From a virus (lineage: Duplodnaviria > Caudoviricetes): a stretch of 64,000 bases of DNA. Each line of letters opens with the position of its first letter. Position 1 is the stretch's first letter. The translations under genes were made by a program, and so were the position numbers. Below are positions 1-9,297 of this stretch, piece by piece. Location of the stretch: the IMG/VR virus record IMGVR_UViG_3300032305_002044, positions 29,417 through 93,416 of that record; one strand, 5' to 3'. The notes beneath the pieces were generated by a model. The model was not told the origin of the DNA. It did no database searches and worked only from the letters and a program-made list of their open reading frames with translations.

Positions 1-292
1 CTGTAACCATAGACATTGGTTTAGGAGGTGGGATACGTCTAGTTTTACGAATAGCACGCCTGTCGCTATCTACGGTACCTCCCCAAATTCCTGTGACATC
101 GTTGTATAGTGCGTATTGCAGGCACTCAATGTTAAACGGACAGGAGTTGCAAATAGACTTTGCTTGTTCTACACATAGGCTATATTGGCGTTTGTCTTCT
201 GAATTAGGTCTTGTAGGCAGCTCGGGAAAAAATACTTCGGGGTCAATTTTCATACAAGGTTGAGTTCCGTCAAAATACGGGGCAGTAGCCAT
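1..292 (-). CDS. whiB: WhiB-family Fe-S transcription factor (3' end runs off the window)
   Basis: Not in the ORF track. Manual translation: MATAPYFDGTQPCMKIDPEVFFPE...AKSICNSCPFNIECLQYALYNDVTGIWGGTVDSDRRAIRK, with 4 conserved Cys, FFP and the GIWGG turn. GGAG RBS upstream. Confidence 0.92.
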   Translation of the reverse strand, partial: MATAPYFDGTQPCMKIDPEVFFPELPTRPNSEDKRQYSLCVEQAKSICNSCPFNIECLQYALYNDVTGIWGGTVDSDRRAIRKTRRIPPPKPMSMVT

Positions 293-321
293 CTAATTCT
301 CCATAAGCTTGTGTAGTAAAA

Positions 322-350
322 ATGTACACCAGAACGCTGACAAAAGCAAG
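322..350 (-). promoter_or_regulatory. sigmaA-like promoter for whiB
   Basis: Minus strand TTGCTT-N17-TACATT. The spacer region contains TTTTGTCAG, also seen before the RHH gene. Confidence 0.5.
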
Positions 351-457
351 TTGTGGCGGACAAAAAAAGCATTTTATGTAAAACTATTAGTAGTGGCTTT
401 ATTCGTACAACCTTACGGACTTGTTTTGTAACTAGTCACCCGTGGGGTACCCAATTT

Positions 458-691
458 ATGTCAACTGACACTCTTAGTTCTATGCTTACTGTATTGCTTG
501 CAGTAATTCAAATATCAGCCATTATTTATGGTGGATTTAAATTTTTTAATAAAATTACCGCTCGTTTAGAAAAATTAGAAGAGCAGTACCGACCAAATGG
601 CGGTTCAAGCATGAGAGATGCTGTTAACCGCATTGAATTAAAACTGAGCAAACTTGAAGGCAAGTTTGAGCAGCACGTAGATGAACAATAA
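458..691 (+). CDS. small membrane protein (one TM + coiled coil), lysis-cassette-like
   Basis: Likely start is ATG 458. N-terminal hydrophobic helix, then RPNGGSSMRDAVNRIE, a motif typical of actinophage holin-adjacent proteins. Confidence 0.55.
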   Translation: MSTDTLSSMLTVLLAVIQISAIIYGGFKFFNKITARLEKLEEQYRPNGGSSMRDAVNRIELKLSKLEGKFEQHVDEQ

Positions 692-709
692 CCTTAGGAA
701 AGGTCCAGA

Positions 710-1042
710 ATGAAAAAAGTAAAAAATATCTCTACAAGAATGATCGCAGTAGTAATTGCAACAGCACTCGGTACAATTGGTGCTGGCTCAATTATAGGTC
801 TTGAAACTTGGAAAACTGCAGCACTTGCTGCAATTATGGCAGTAGCCGTAGTTGCTGAAGACTTAGCTCGTGCCTTCCTTAAAGACGGCAACCTAACTGA
901 TGCTGAAATCAACACAGCGTTTTCTAAGATTAAAGATGAAGAAGTTGAAGCGGTTTCTACAGCAGAACTTGCTGAAAAAGCTGAAGAACTTTTATATGAC
1001 GAAGACGGTCATACAATTACTCCAGACACACATCTTAGCTAA
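710..1042 (+). CDS. putative holin (2 TM helices, acidic tail)
   Basis: Two hydrophobic segments, AGGAAAGG RBS, followed by a terminator. Confidence 0.5.
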   Translation: MKKVKNISTRMIAVVIATALGTIGAGSIIGLETWKTAALAAIMAVAVVAEDLARAFLKDGNLTDAEINTAFSKIKDEEVEAVSTAELAEKAEELLYDEDGHTITPDTHLS

Positions 1043-1052
1043 TACTAGGCTT

Positions 1053-1077
1053 AGGGCGCCCTACGGGGCGCCCTTTT
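1053..1077 (+). terminator. intrinsic terminator
   Basis: GGGCGCCC-TACG-GGGCGCCC-TTTT (UNCG tetraloop). Confidence 0.85.
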
Positions 1078-1091
1078 GCTATTCTTAGACT

Positions 1092-1358
1092 ATGCACGTA
1101 ATTAGAACAATTCAAACATTTCAGGGTCATCCCGTGCCTGATAAGGTACATAATCCTAGAGGTCCATTTCCCGCTGAGTTGTTTATGAACGAACCTATTA
1201 ATTACGAGTACGAGCAAGCTTTTGGCGAAGACGGGGAAAACTTTCCTATGGGAGCCACCGCTCAAAATAACTTTGATCCTCTTAAATGGTATAGATGTTA
1301 CGATTGCCATGAGCGGGTGCGAGAAGACGAATTAGACTTACATGAGTGTGATGAATAA
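1092..1358 (+). CDS. hypothetical protein with C-terminal CxxC...HxC Zn motif
   Basis: ORF. TGC-TATTCT lies 6 nt before the ATG (leaderless-type arrangement). Confidence 0.7.
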   Translation: MHVIRTIQTFQGHPVPDKVHNPRGPFPAELFMNEPINYEYEQAFGEDGENFPMGATAQNNFDPLKWYRCYDCHERVREDELDLHECDE

Positions 1359-1852
1359 TGGCTGTTGTAGACCCTACAGATTTACAAAATGACCTTGATA
1401 TTGATCGCGAGGTTGAAATCATTGAGACTGAAGACTTAAGTTTACCTCCAGCAAAATTAGAATTGCGTAGTACGCAAACCACTAACCCTTCAAGACCACG
1501 AACAATTGCGGCTGGGTATGATGGTAATACCAGGACTCTTACTGTTGTATTTCGCGATGAAACTTGGTACAACTACTACGATGTACCGTCAGATATGTGG
1601 GATCAATTTAAACAAGCCCCTTCAAAAGGAGTTTATTTAAGGGAATCTGGGCTTGATTACTGGCACAGCCGTGGCGAGGCTAACCGTGAGGGTCTAAGTA
1701 GCCGTTCACTTGCTCAATACGATAGTATTGTTAAAGCCTCCAGACGTAAACAAATTATGACTGCGGGTGGGCAATACGAAGGTAACCCACGCTCAAAACT
1801 GTGGGACTTAACTAAGCTTAGATGGAACATGCAAACAGAGGACTATAGTTGA
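1358..1852 (+). CDS. KTSC-domain protein
   Basis: AAGYD..TRTLTVVFRD..WYNYYDVPSDMWDQFKQAPSKGVYL matches the KTSC consensus. Confidence 0.8.
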   Translation: MAVVDPTDLQNDLDIDREVEIIETEDLSLPPAKLELRSTQTTNPSRPRTIAAGYDGNTRTLTVVFRDETWYNYYDVPSDMWDQFKQAPSKGVYLRESGLDYWHSRGEANREGLSSRSLAQYDSIVKASRRKQIMTAGGQYEGNPRSKLWDLTKLRWNMQTEDYS

Positions 1853-2112
1853 TTAATTTTGGACCACTATACGTACAAGTAATTAAATATCCACATAGGG
1901 ACGCTCTGCCAGTTTTTGAAAAAGGCTGGTCTCATGAAATTGAAGAGCCTTACCGTCGAGGCAGTTGCCTAGTCTTTCGTGTACCATTTACCAAGCCAGG
2001 ATTTGTCATAGGAAAATGGGCGGAAGCTCAAACTGAGGATGAAGCTCTTACTGCAGCAATTTGGGGCAGAGAATTAAATGTACCGCTAGAGGAGTTATTA
2101 GAATGGGACTAA
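1849..2112 (+). CDS. hypothetical protein
   Basis: ORF overlapping its neighbours, GAGG RBS. Confidence 0.65.
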   Translation: MINFGPLYVQVIKYPHRDALPVFEKGWSHEIEEPYRRGSCLVFRVPFTKPGFVIGKWAEAQTEDEALTAAIWGRELNVPLEELLEWD

Positions 2113-2354
2113 AGTTTTGGGTTAAAAAAGAAAACTGGGACAAACCTTTTTCTGAGAAAGTAGCCAAAAGAGTAGCAAAGCTAGCTACCGCAGATTTATA
2201 TTTATGGACAGAGCAGGCTATTTCAGAGACTAACCGAGCACTGAGCAGATACCAAAAAAACCCTAACGATGTAGTTAGTTTACAAGATTTAACTTTAGGT
2301 TCTGAAGCTATACACGCTTTGGCCTGCGAGATAAATAAGCGCTCTATGCTATAG
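2103..2354 (+). CDS. hypothetical helical protein (positional candidate for terminase small subunit)
   Basis: ATG 2103 follows a GAGGAG RBS and lies directly upstream of terL. Function inferred from position only. Confidence 0.55.
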   Translation: MGLKFWVKKENWDKPFSEKVAKRVAKLATADLYLWTEQAISETNRALSRYQKNPNDVVSLQDLTLGSEAIHALACEINKRSML

Positions 2355-2361
2355 TAATAAA

Positions 2362-2445
2362 GCCTCACTTCTTTACCTCTCCTAAGGTGGCAACTGGGCT
2401 CTAGCGTGTTTCTTCCTCCTTTCTTACACGCTAGAGCTCTTTTAT
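2362..2445 (+). ncRNA. candidate small RNA/leader: two hairpins with CU-rich loops ending in a U-tract
   Basis: TGC-TATAGT promoter at 2347-2355; 14-bp stem 2396-2409/2426-2439; loop TTCTTCCTCCTTTCTT; then TTTT. Confidence 0.4.
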
Positions 2446-2488
2446 TCCTGTATCCTTTATTTATCGGTTTTATTAGTTTGGAAGATAC

Positions 2489-4084
2489 ATGAGTGAAACT
2501 CAACATCTCTTTTATGAAGAGGGTTCAGAAGAAGAGGAAGAATTCCTTGATGGTACAGCTACTGAGGATTCTTCTGATGAAGAAGAAATGGATGAGCTAT
2601 CCAAAGAGTTTGTAAATAAACTTATTGATAATATGCTTGAGTTTATGGATGCTCTTGTAGGGCACTCCTTACATCCTTACCAGCTTCCTTTAGCACGTCG
2701 TATTATGGAATCGGTAATTATTAATGATGGCGAAGAGGTTACCGCCCTTGCAGCTCGTCAATCTGGAAAATCAGAGACCATTGCTAACACAGTAGCCACA
2801 CTTATGGTTTTACTCCCACGCCTTGCCCAGATGTACCCAGACTTACTTGGGCAGTTTAAAAATGGTATCTGGATTGGTATGTTTGCTCCTGTTGAGGGCC
2901 AGGTAGAAACTTTGTTTGGTAGAACTGTAAATCGACTTACCTCTGAAAGAGCTCAAGAAATATTAGGTGATCCAGAGATTGATGACTCTCTTGGAAAAGT
3001 CCCAGGTATTACACGCCAAATCAAACTTAAAAACTCTGGCAGTAGCCTTATGATGATGACAGCTAACCCTAGAGCAAAGATTGAATCTAAGTCATTCCAC
3101 CTCATTGTTATTGATGAGTGCCAGGGTGCAGATGACTTTATTGTTTCAAAGTCTATTAGCCCTATGCTTGCGTATTACTCGGGAACTATGGTTAAGACTG
3201 GAACACCTACTAATGTTAAGAATAACTTTTATCGGTCTATTCAGTTAAACAAAAGACGCCAAACCAGCCGTGGAAAACGCCAAAATCATTTTCAATGGGA
3301 TTGGCGAGACGTATCTAAAGTTAACCCTAAATACGATAAATTCGTCCGTAAAGAAATGCTTCGCATTGGTGAAGACTCTGATGAGTTCCAGATGTCTTAC
3401 AACTGCAAGTGGATGCTTGAAAAGGGTATGTTTGTTACATCTACTGTTATGGATGAACTTGGAGATACTAGCCAAGAAGTGGTACGTGCTTGGCACCGTA
3501 CGCCTGTGGTAGTTGGCATTGACCCTGCTCGAAAGATGGACAGCACAGTAGTTACCGTTGTCTGGGTAGACTGGGATCGGCCCGATGAGTTTGGTTACTA
3601 CGACCACCGCGTACTTAACTGGCTTGAAATTCAAGGCGACGATTGGGAAGATCAGTACTTTCAAATTGTAAACTTCCTAGCTAACTACAACGTCCTTATT
3701 GTCGGAGTTGATGCAAATGGCGTTGGTGACGCAGTAGCTCAGCGCCTTAAGCTTCTTTTACCAAGAGCAGAAGTTGTTCCGTTAAGCAGTAGCCAGTCTG
3801 AGCAATCAAAGCGTTGGAAGCACCTAAAGGCTCTTATTGACCGTCGTATGATCGGATTTCCAGCCCACGCTAAAACTCGTAGATTGCGTACATATAAACG
3901 TTTTTATCAGCAAATGACTGATTTAGAGACTAAATTTCAAGGACCTAACTTTACGGCGCAAGCGCCAGATGAAGCTCACGCACATGATGACTTTGCTGAT
4001 TCTTTAGCCATTGCATGCTGTTTAACACTAGATATGACCATGCCAGAAGCCGAAGTTTCTTCTTCACCATTTTTCTCTAGGTAG
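2489..4084 (+). CDS. terL: terminase large subunit
   Basis: Walker A ARQSGKS, Walker B LIVIDE, RNase H-like nuclease motifs GIDPA...HDDFADS. Confidence 0.95.
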   Translation: MSETQHLFYEEGSEEEEEFLDGTATEDSSDEEEMDELSKEFVNKLIDNMLEFMDALVGHSLHPYQLPLARRIMESVIINDGEEVTALAARQSGKSETIANTVATLMVLLPRLAQMYPDLLGQFKNGIWIGMFAPVEGQVETLFGRTVNRLTSERAQEILGDPEIDDSLGKVPGITRQIKLKNSGSSLMMMTANPRAKIESKSFHLIVIDECQGADDFIVSKSISPMLAYYSGTMVKTGTPTNVKNNFYRSIQLNKRRQTSRGKRQNHFQWDWRDVSKVNPKYDKFVRKEMLRIGEDSDEFQMSYNCKWMLEKGMFVTSTVMDELGDTSQEVVRAWHRTPVVVGIDPARKMDSTVVTVVWVDWDRPDEFGYYDHRVLNWLEIQGDDWEDQYFQIVNFLANYNVLIVGVDANGVGDAVAQRLKLLLPRAEVVPLSSSQSEQSKRWKHLKALIDRRMIGFPAHAKTRRLRTYKRFYQQMTDLETKFQGPNFTAQAPDEAHAHDDFADSLAIACCLTLDMTMPEAEVSSSPFFSR

Positions 4085-4169
4085 TTTGAGTTTACTCTGA
4101 CTAAAGCCTCATTAACAGGGATAATTTTTAGTGAGGTACCTCAACCTTAACTTTAAGGAGATTCTCCAA

Positions 4170-4574
4170 ATGTCAATGAACATCGCACCTACGCCTCAGT
4201 TCCCTGAGCGTCCAGGTACTGTATACGACCGTACAATAAGCCCTGCCCTTCCAGGACAGCGCGGCCCACTTCGTTTTGAAGAAGGTCTTGCTACGGACAC
4301 TGACGTTCCTATGGAATTCACCAAGGGAGCTATGCAGGGATACATTCCTGCCCCTGGTCGTCCAAACCATAACCAGAACGTTTTTGAAAAATACCCTGAA
4401 GAAACAATGCGCGAACGCGCTCACGTAGGCTCAGCAGCCTGGGTGGAAGCCCCAAGCGTTCTTCAAGATTTTGCAAGCAATGCGTTTGCAGATCATGGAC
4501 AGAACGTATTTGAAGAGGTCTTCCGTGATGGTGGACACCAGTTCCGCCTAAACCCATCTGTCATTCAGGACTAA
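4170..4574 (+). CDS. conserved hypothetical (probable virion protein)
   Basis: AAGGAG RBS before ATG 4170; lies between terL and portal. Confidence 0.7.
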   Translation: MSMNIAPTPQFPERPGTVYDRTISPALPGQRGPLRFEEGLATDTDVPMEFTKGAMQGYIPAPGRPNHNQNVFEKYPEETMRERAHVGSAAWVEAPSVLQDFASNAFADHGQNVFEEVFRDGGHQFRLNPSVIQD

Positions 4575-4591
4575 TCCCGCTACCTGGGAAT

Positions 4592-4618
4592 TGCCCCCCG
4601 CTCACAAGGCGGGGGGCA
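4592..4618 (+). terminator. GC-rich hairpin (terminator or processing site)
   Basis: TGCCCCCCGC-N7-GCGGGGGGCA with a weak U tract. Confidence 0.5.
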
Positions 4619-4631
4619 CTTAGGATTTATT

Positions 4632-4940
4632 ATGGCTCTCATTCAAGGTAAAGCGGTTCAAGAAGGACCAAAACAACTTCCTGCTAACCCTAAATTGTGG
4701 AACATGTATGTTGCACAAGCTAAATCAAGGTTTAGAGTTTACCCGTCACCTGCGGCTGCCCACTGGGTTCATTCACACTACGCGCAAGTGGGTGGAAAGT
4801 TTGTTGATAAGAAAAGCCAAATTGATCCACGATTTAGAGATTACGTGCAAGAACGCATGGATGCTCAAATTGCAGCGAAAAAAGAAAAAGTTTCTAAACC
4901 AGTTGGGCGTAACATCTCTCGTGGAGAACGTTATCGTTAA
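4632..4940 (+). CDS. basic hypothetical protein
   Basis: PANPKLWN...AKSRF..YPS..AAHW...Y...GG motif; AGGA RBS. Confidence 0.7.
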   Translation: MALIQGKAVQEGPKQLPANPKLWNMYVAQAKSRFRVYPSPAAAHWVHSHYAQVGGKFVDKKSQIDPRFRDYVQERMDAQIAAKKEKVSKPVGRNISRGERYR

Positions 4941-4981
4941 TAGTATGCTAATATTTGTTAGATTAGAATTGAGGTAATTAG

Positions 4982-6718
4982 GTGAGTGTTGACTTTTCGC
5001 CCCCCAGTTATAGGGCGGCGTCATCTGACCTTACCATCTCAATTTCTCCTCTTGGTCTTGTGGAGCTTGCAGATGAAGAGTTTGAGGTTCACGGTCCTCG
5101 TTTAAACCGTTATTCCCTTAACTGGGCTATGTATTTAGGCCATCACGCATCTTACCGCCGTCAAGCGGGAGAAACCCAAATGGTGTTTAACTATTACCGA
5201 GCGTTTACTGATTACATTATTAACTTCTCGTTTAGTCATGGTTGCCATTTCCGTAGCCCTAAGCAAACTGAGGGAATTGTTCCTGACCTGCTTGAGCGCG
5301 TGTGGTCACAAGATAACGATAAAGGCACCGTTCTTTGGGAAATGGGCCAGCAAGGCGCAGTTTCAGGCGATTGTTTTGTCAAAGTTGCCTATGAAGAAGC
5401 TTATGAAGATTCCGTAGGACGTGCGCATGCTGGTAAAGTCCGCATTCTTCCCCTTAATGCATCGTTTTGTTTCCCCGAGTTCCATCCGCATGACCGCGAG
5501 CGGTTAATCCGTTTCAAGCTAAAGTACCGTTTCTGGGGCACCTCGCTTGAAGGAACTCGGCAGGTTTTTACATATACTGAAATTCTTACCGATGACATTA
5601 TTGAGGAATATATTAACGATGAACTTATTGACTCACGCCCAAACCCACTCGGAGTTATCCCAGTTATTCACATTCCTAATGTTCGGGTTTCTGGTTCCCC
5701 TTGGGGGCTTTCTGATTGCCATGACATCATTCCTGTTAACCGTACCTATAATGAAGTTTCAACAGATATTGCAGATATCGTTAATTATCATGCTGCTCCT
5801 GTTACTGTCATCATCGGAGCCAAGGCTAATCAACTAGAAAAGGGCGCTAACAAGGTATGGGGCGGTCTTCCTAAAGATGCTCGTGTAGAAAACCTTGAAG
5901 GTGGCGCACAGGGTCTAAAGGGCGCTATGGATTTCCTAGCCCTTATGAAAAAAGCTATGCATGAACTTACTGGCGTTCCAGAAACCGCACTTGGTATGGC
6001 CCAGCCTATTTCTAACACTTCTGGTGTTGCGCTTTCTATTCAGTTCCAGCCATTAATGAACAAGTGGAACCAAAAGATTACTCAGTACTCTCGCGGCATT
6101 CAGCGTATTAATGAACTTATTATTCTTAACCTTGCCATCAAGGAACCTGACACCATGATGTGGAACCCTCTACTTGAGGGCGGGCTTGCTCAGGGCGAAG
6201 CTCAAATGCTTGATATTAATGATCCGTTAACCTATCAAAACTTTGTACACTTCTTGCCACCATTACCTTTGGATAAGTTAATTGTGCTTAACGAAGTACA
6301 GACCAAGATGTCTTTGGGTCTGGAGTCAAAGGCTGGCGCTCTTCGTGCCCTTGGTGAAGAGTTCCCATACGAGAAGCTAGATGAGATTCGTGTTGAACTC
6401 CTAGCTGATGCTAAGGCCGATGGAGCCGTCAAACTGGTACAAACCCAGATTGAAAACACCATTGCTGAACTTACTGGCATGCTTTCTGGCGGCCTTGGCG
6501 GTCAACCAGTTCCTATGGCGCCTGGACAACCTGGCGGTCCTCCAGCAGGAAAAGAAGGCGAAGGATTACCTCCAATGCCTATGCCAATTATTGACCAAGC
6601 AACTATTGCGTCTGAGCAAGCTGAACAGCAGCTCCGCATTGACTTGGTAACAAGAGCTTACGGTACTACTCTGCCAAACAGAAGAGCACCGTCAGGCGAA
6701 GGAAATACTAAATATTAA
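4982..6718 (+). CDS. portal protein (SPP1 gp6-like)
   Basis: Size and position after terL; NPLGVIPVIHIPN...WGLSD and SGVALSIQFQPL motifs. Confidence 0.9.
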   Translation: MSVDFSPPSYRAASSDLTISISPLGLVELADEEFEVHGPRLNRYSLNWAMYLGHHASYRRQAGETQMVFNYYRAFTDYIINFSFSHGCHFRSPKQTEGIVPDLLERVWSQDNDKGTVLWEMGQQGAVSGDCFVKVAYEEAYEDSVGRAHAGKVRILPLNASFCFPEFHPHDRERLIRFKLKYRFWGTSLEGTRQVFTYTEILTDDIIEEYINDELIDSRPNPLGVIPVIHIPNVRVSGSPWGLSDCHDIIPVNRTYNEVSTDIADIVNYHAAPVTVIIGAKANQLEKGANKVWGGLPKDARVENLEGGAQGLKGAMDFLALMKKAMHELTGVPETALGMAQPISNTSGVALSIQFQPLMNKWNQKITQYSRGIQRINELIILNLAIKEPDTMMWNPLLEGGLAQGEAQMLDINDPLTYQNFVHFLPPLPLDKLIVLNEVQTKMSLGLESKAGALRALGEEFPYEKLDEIRVELLADAKADGAVKLVQTQIENTIAELTGMLSGGLGGQPVPMAPGQPGGPPAGKEGEGLPPMPMPIIDQATIASEQAEQQLRIDLVTRAYGTTLPNRRAPSGEGNTKY

Positions 6719-6841
6719 GGGTTTAGTAAGACAAACCCTGTTCTTCGTACAAAAATGAATATATAAACAATTGTTCGGTCATACGTGATACGGGGCTTGC
6801 CCCATTTGGATAACGACCCAGAGAATACTTAAGGAAATAGT

Positions 6842-7633
6842 ATGGAAACATCTGTAAATGCAGATATGGAAGCTTTTACCGCTGAAGCGGAAGCAGTTTC
6901 TAATGTCGCACCTCCAGTAGCAGCAACAACGGGCGTTGACGCACCCGCTGCTACCTCAGAAACAAGGTCAAAGTTCTACACTGAAGATGATTTGGCTAAA
7001 GTTCGAAGTCAAGAAAAAGAAAAGCTCTACCCTCAGATTGATAAGCTCAAGGAAGAACTTGATCTTATTAAGCGCGATCGTGAAGCAGAAATTGCTGCAA
7101 AGCAAGCTGAAGCGGACGCAAAAGCGGCTGAAAAGAAGCTAAAAGCTGAGGAAGAACTTGAAGTCCGCGACCTTCTAAAGGTTAAGGAACAAGAACTAAT
7201 GGAGCAGCTGGACCGTGAGCGCCAAGAGCGCGAACGAGCTTTTGCTCTTCTGGATCGTGAAAGAGCATTCACAGAGTTAACTAACTACCGCAATCAGCGC
7301 GTCGAACAAGAACGGGATGCTATTATTCCTGAACTTGTAGACTTGATTGACGGCAACACGCAAGAAGAAATTGAACAAAGTATCGCGGGACTAAAAGACC
7401 GCTCGTCCCGTATCCTTGAATCAGCACAGCAAGCAATGCAGGCTGCTCGCAGGGATATGACTGGGACGAGGGTAACCACGCCCCCAGATGCTGGACCTAT
7501 GGACGTCAATACGGGCACTAGACAGTTTACGGCTGAAGATATTTCATCCATGTCGTTGAATGATTACGCAAAATACAGAAGCCAGCTATTGAGCCCAGAA
7601 GCTCAAGGTCGGTCAAAGGGCTTGTTCGGTTAA
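6842..7633 (+). CDS. capsid scaffolding protein
   Basis: E/K/R-rich coiled coil between portal and MCP; C-terminal MSLNDYAKYR motif. Confidence 0.85.
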   Translation: METSVNADMEAFTAEAEAVSNVAPPVAATTGVDAPAATSETRSKFYTEDDLAKVRSQEKEKLYPQIDKLKEELDLIKRDREAEIAAKQAEADAKAAEKKLKAEEELEVRDLLKVKEQELMEQLDRERQERERAFALLDRERAFTELTNYRNQRVEQERDAIIPELVDLIDGNTQEEIEQSIAGLKDRSSRILESAQQAMQAARRDMTGTRVTTPPDAGPMDVNTGTRQFTAEDISSMSLNDYAKYRSQLLSPEAQGRSKGLFG

Positions 7634-7675
7634 TACCACCCATAAACCCATAAACAACAAACAAGGAGTCCATTC

Positions 7676-8746
7676 GTGGCTAGCGCACTAACGGGAACAG
7701 GCAATCTTGCCGCATCCCCAACAGCCTATTCAGGCACAAACAGCCAACTGACTCAAGCAATCCAGCAAATCTGGTCGAAGGAAATCCTCTTCCAGGCTAT
7801 GCCGATTCTACGCTTTGAGCAGTTTGCAGTAAAGAAGACCGAACTAGGTGTTGCACCTGGTCTTCAGATCAATTTCATGCGTTACAACAACCTTGGCTTT
7901 GCACAGCCATTGGTTGAAGGCGTTCGCATGACCACAAATGCTTTGACTGCACAGCAGTTCAGCATCACCGTTTCAGAGCATGGCTATGCACTTGCTGTAT
8001 CTGAACTTTTGCTTAATGCTTCTTTTGATGACGTAATGGCTTCTGCCTCACGTCTTCTAGGTCGCAACATGGCAATCTACCTAGACCAGATTTCCCGCGA
8101 TACACTTTACGGTGCTACCTCGGTAATCTACGGTTACGACCGTTCTGGCCTATCAGCAGTTAACAACTGGTACGACAAGGGTACAAAGGGTTCCAGCCGC
8201 GCAGCAATGACTGGTAACTTTGCCCTAACAACCGCAACCGTTAAGGATGCAGTTGAGACCCTAGCAACCAAGAATATCCCAAGATTGGGCGAAACCTACG
8301 TTGCATTCGTACACCCTCACCAGAGCCGTGCTCTTCGTGACAACCCTGAATTCATTGAAGTATCGAAGTATGCCGCTCCTGGTAACTTCATGCTTGGTGA
8401 AATCGGCCGTTTGTTTGACACCGTGTTCATTGAGACCACTCAGGTTCTCAAGGTTCCAGGTGGCGCAGGCACTTCCTACACTGCTGACACTGCAGTTTCA
8501 ACTCCTGTTGTTTCTGCTGGTGGTGGCTACACAACCCCTAACACATTCACTGGCAACGGTGCATCTGACCGCTACAGCGCTATCTTCATTGGAGACAACG
8601 CTTTTGGTCACGCTATCTCACTTCCTGTTGAATTGCGTGATGGTGGTATCCTGGACTTCGGTCGTGAGCATGCATTAGCATGGTACTCAATCTTCGGATT
8701 GGGCCTTATCACCGATCAGGCAATCGTAGTTGCAGAAACCAACTAG
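7676..8746 (+). CDS. major capsid protein (N4 gp56-like, HK97 fold)
   Basis: AAGGAG RBS with GTG start; YVAFVHP...L..NPEF...GEIG motif; followed by a strong terminator. Confidence 0.92.
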   Translation: MASALTGTGNLAASPTAYSGTNSQLTQAIQQIWSKEILFQAMPILRFEQFAVKKTELGVAPGLQINFMRYNNLGFAQPLVEGVRMTTNALTAQQFSITVSEHGYALAVSELLLNASFDDVMASASRLLGRNMAIYLDQISRDTLYGATSVIYGYDRSGLSAVNNWYDKGTKGSSRAAMTGNFALTTATVKDAVETLATKNIPRLGETYVAFVHPHQSRALRDNPEFIEVSKYAAPGNFMLGEIGRLFDTVFIETTQVLKVPGGAGTSYTADTAVSTPVVSAGGGYTTPNTFTGNGASDRYSAIFIGDNAFGHAISLPVELRDGGILDFGREHALAWYSIFGLGLITDQAIVVAETN

Positions 8747-8757
8747 TAAGACCCCTT

Positions 8758-8789
8758 GAGGGGGGCCTTCGGGCCCCCCTCATTCTTTT
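8758..8789 (+). terminator. intrinsic terminator after MCP
   Basis: GAGGGGGGCC-TTCG-GGCCCCCCTC-ATTCTTTT. Confidence 0.85.
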
Positions 8790-8818
8790 AACAGACACTA
8801 ACATTGGAGAAAACAATC

Positions 8819-9190
8819 ATGGCAACAGCAAAAGCAAAGCCTACCGACGCAACTGGTCGTCAGCGTGAAAAGCTAATGAAAGAGAATGAAGAAGCTATTC
8901 AGATCGCTGCAGAAACCACAGCAATGGCAACTGCTCAAAAGCAGAATGCTATTAATAACGATATTATTGATGCAACCAAACCAACTCAAGTAGCAACCGT
9001 CGTAGTTGACGAAGCAACCGTAGTGGCTAAGGGTGACGACACTGTCACCATTCGCGTTGTTGAAACTATTGAAAACATGACTTTTGGAGCGGGAAATATG
9101 TTCACGTTCGTAGCAGGTCAAAAGTACCAGGTCCAAAGAGACCTTGCTCGTCACCTTGAAGAAAAAGGTTACTTAGCTGGAGTTATCTAG
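8819..9190 (+). CDS. hypothetical head-region protein
   Basis: GGAG RBS before ATG 8819. Confidence 0.75.
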   Translation: MATAKAKPTDATGRQREKLMKENEEAIQIAAETTAMATAQKQNAINNDIIDATKPTQVATVVVDEATVVAKGDDTVTIRVVETIENMTFGAGNMFTFVAGQKYQVQRDLARHLEEKGYLAGVI

Positions 9191-9202
9191 CAAGTGTCGG
9201 GG

Positions 9203-9233
9203 GTAGCGGGCTGCGGCCCGCTATTTCTGTTTT
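9203..9233 (+). terminator. intrinsic terminator
   Basis: GTAGCGGGC-TGCG-GCCCGCTAT-TTCTGTTTT. Confidence 0.7.
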
Positions 9234-9297
9234 AGGCAGTAATTGCCTATGAAATAGGGCATTATTTATTAGAGTGTAAATTACCAAGGGAGCATTT

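Noticed and set aside
353-457. Longer 5' starts given by the track (353, 2061, 4131, 19767, 48525, 50402, 54230, 55925)
   Set aside because: Downstream ATGs have better RBS or promoter context; the extensions overlap promoters, hairpins or upstream genes.
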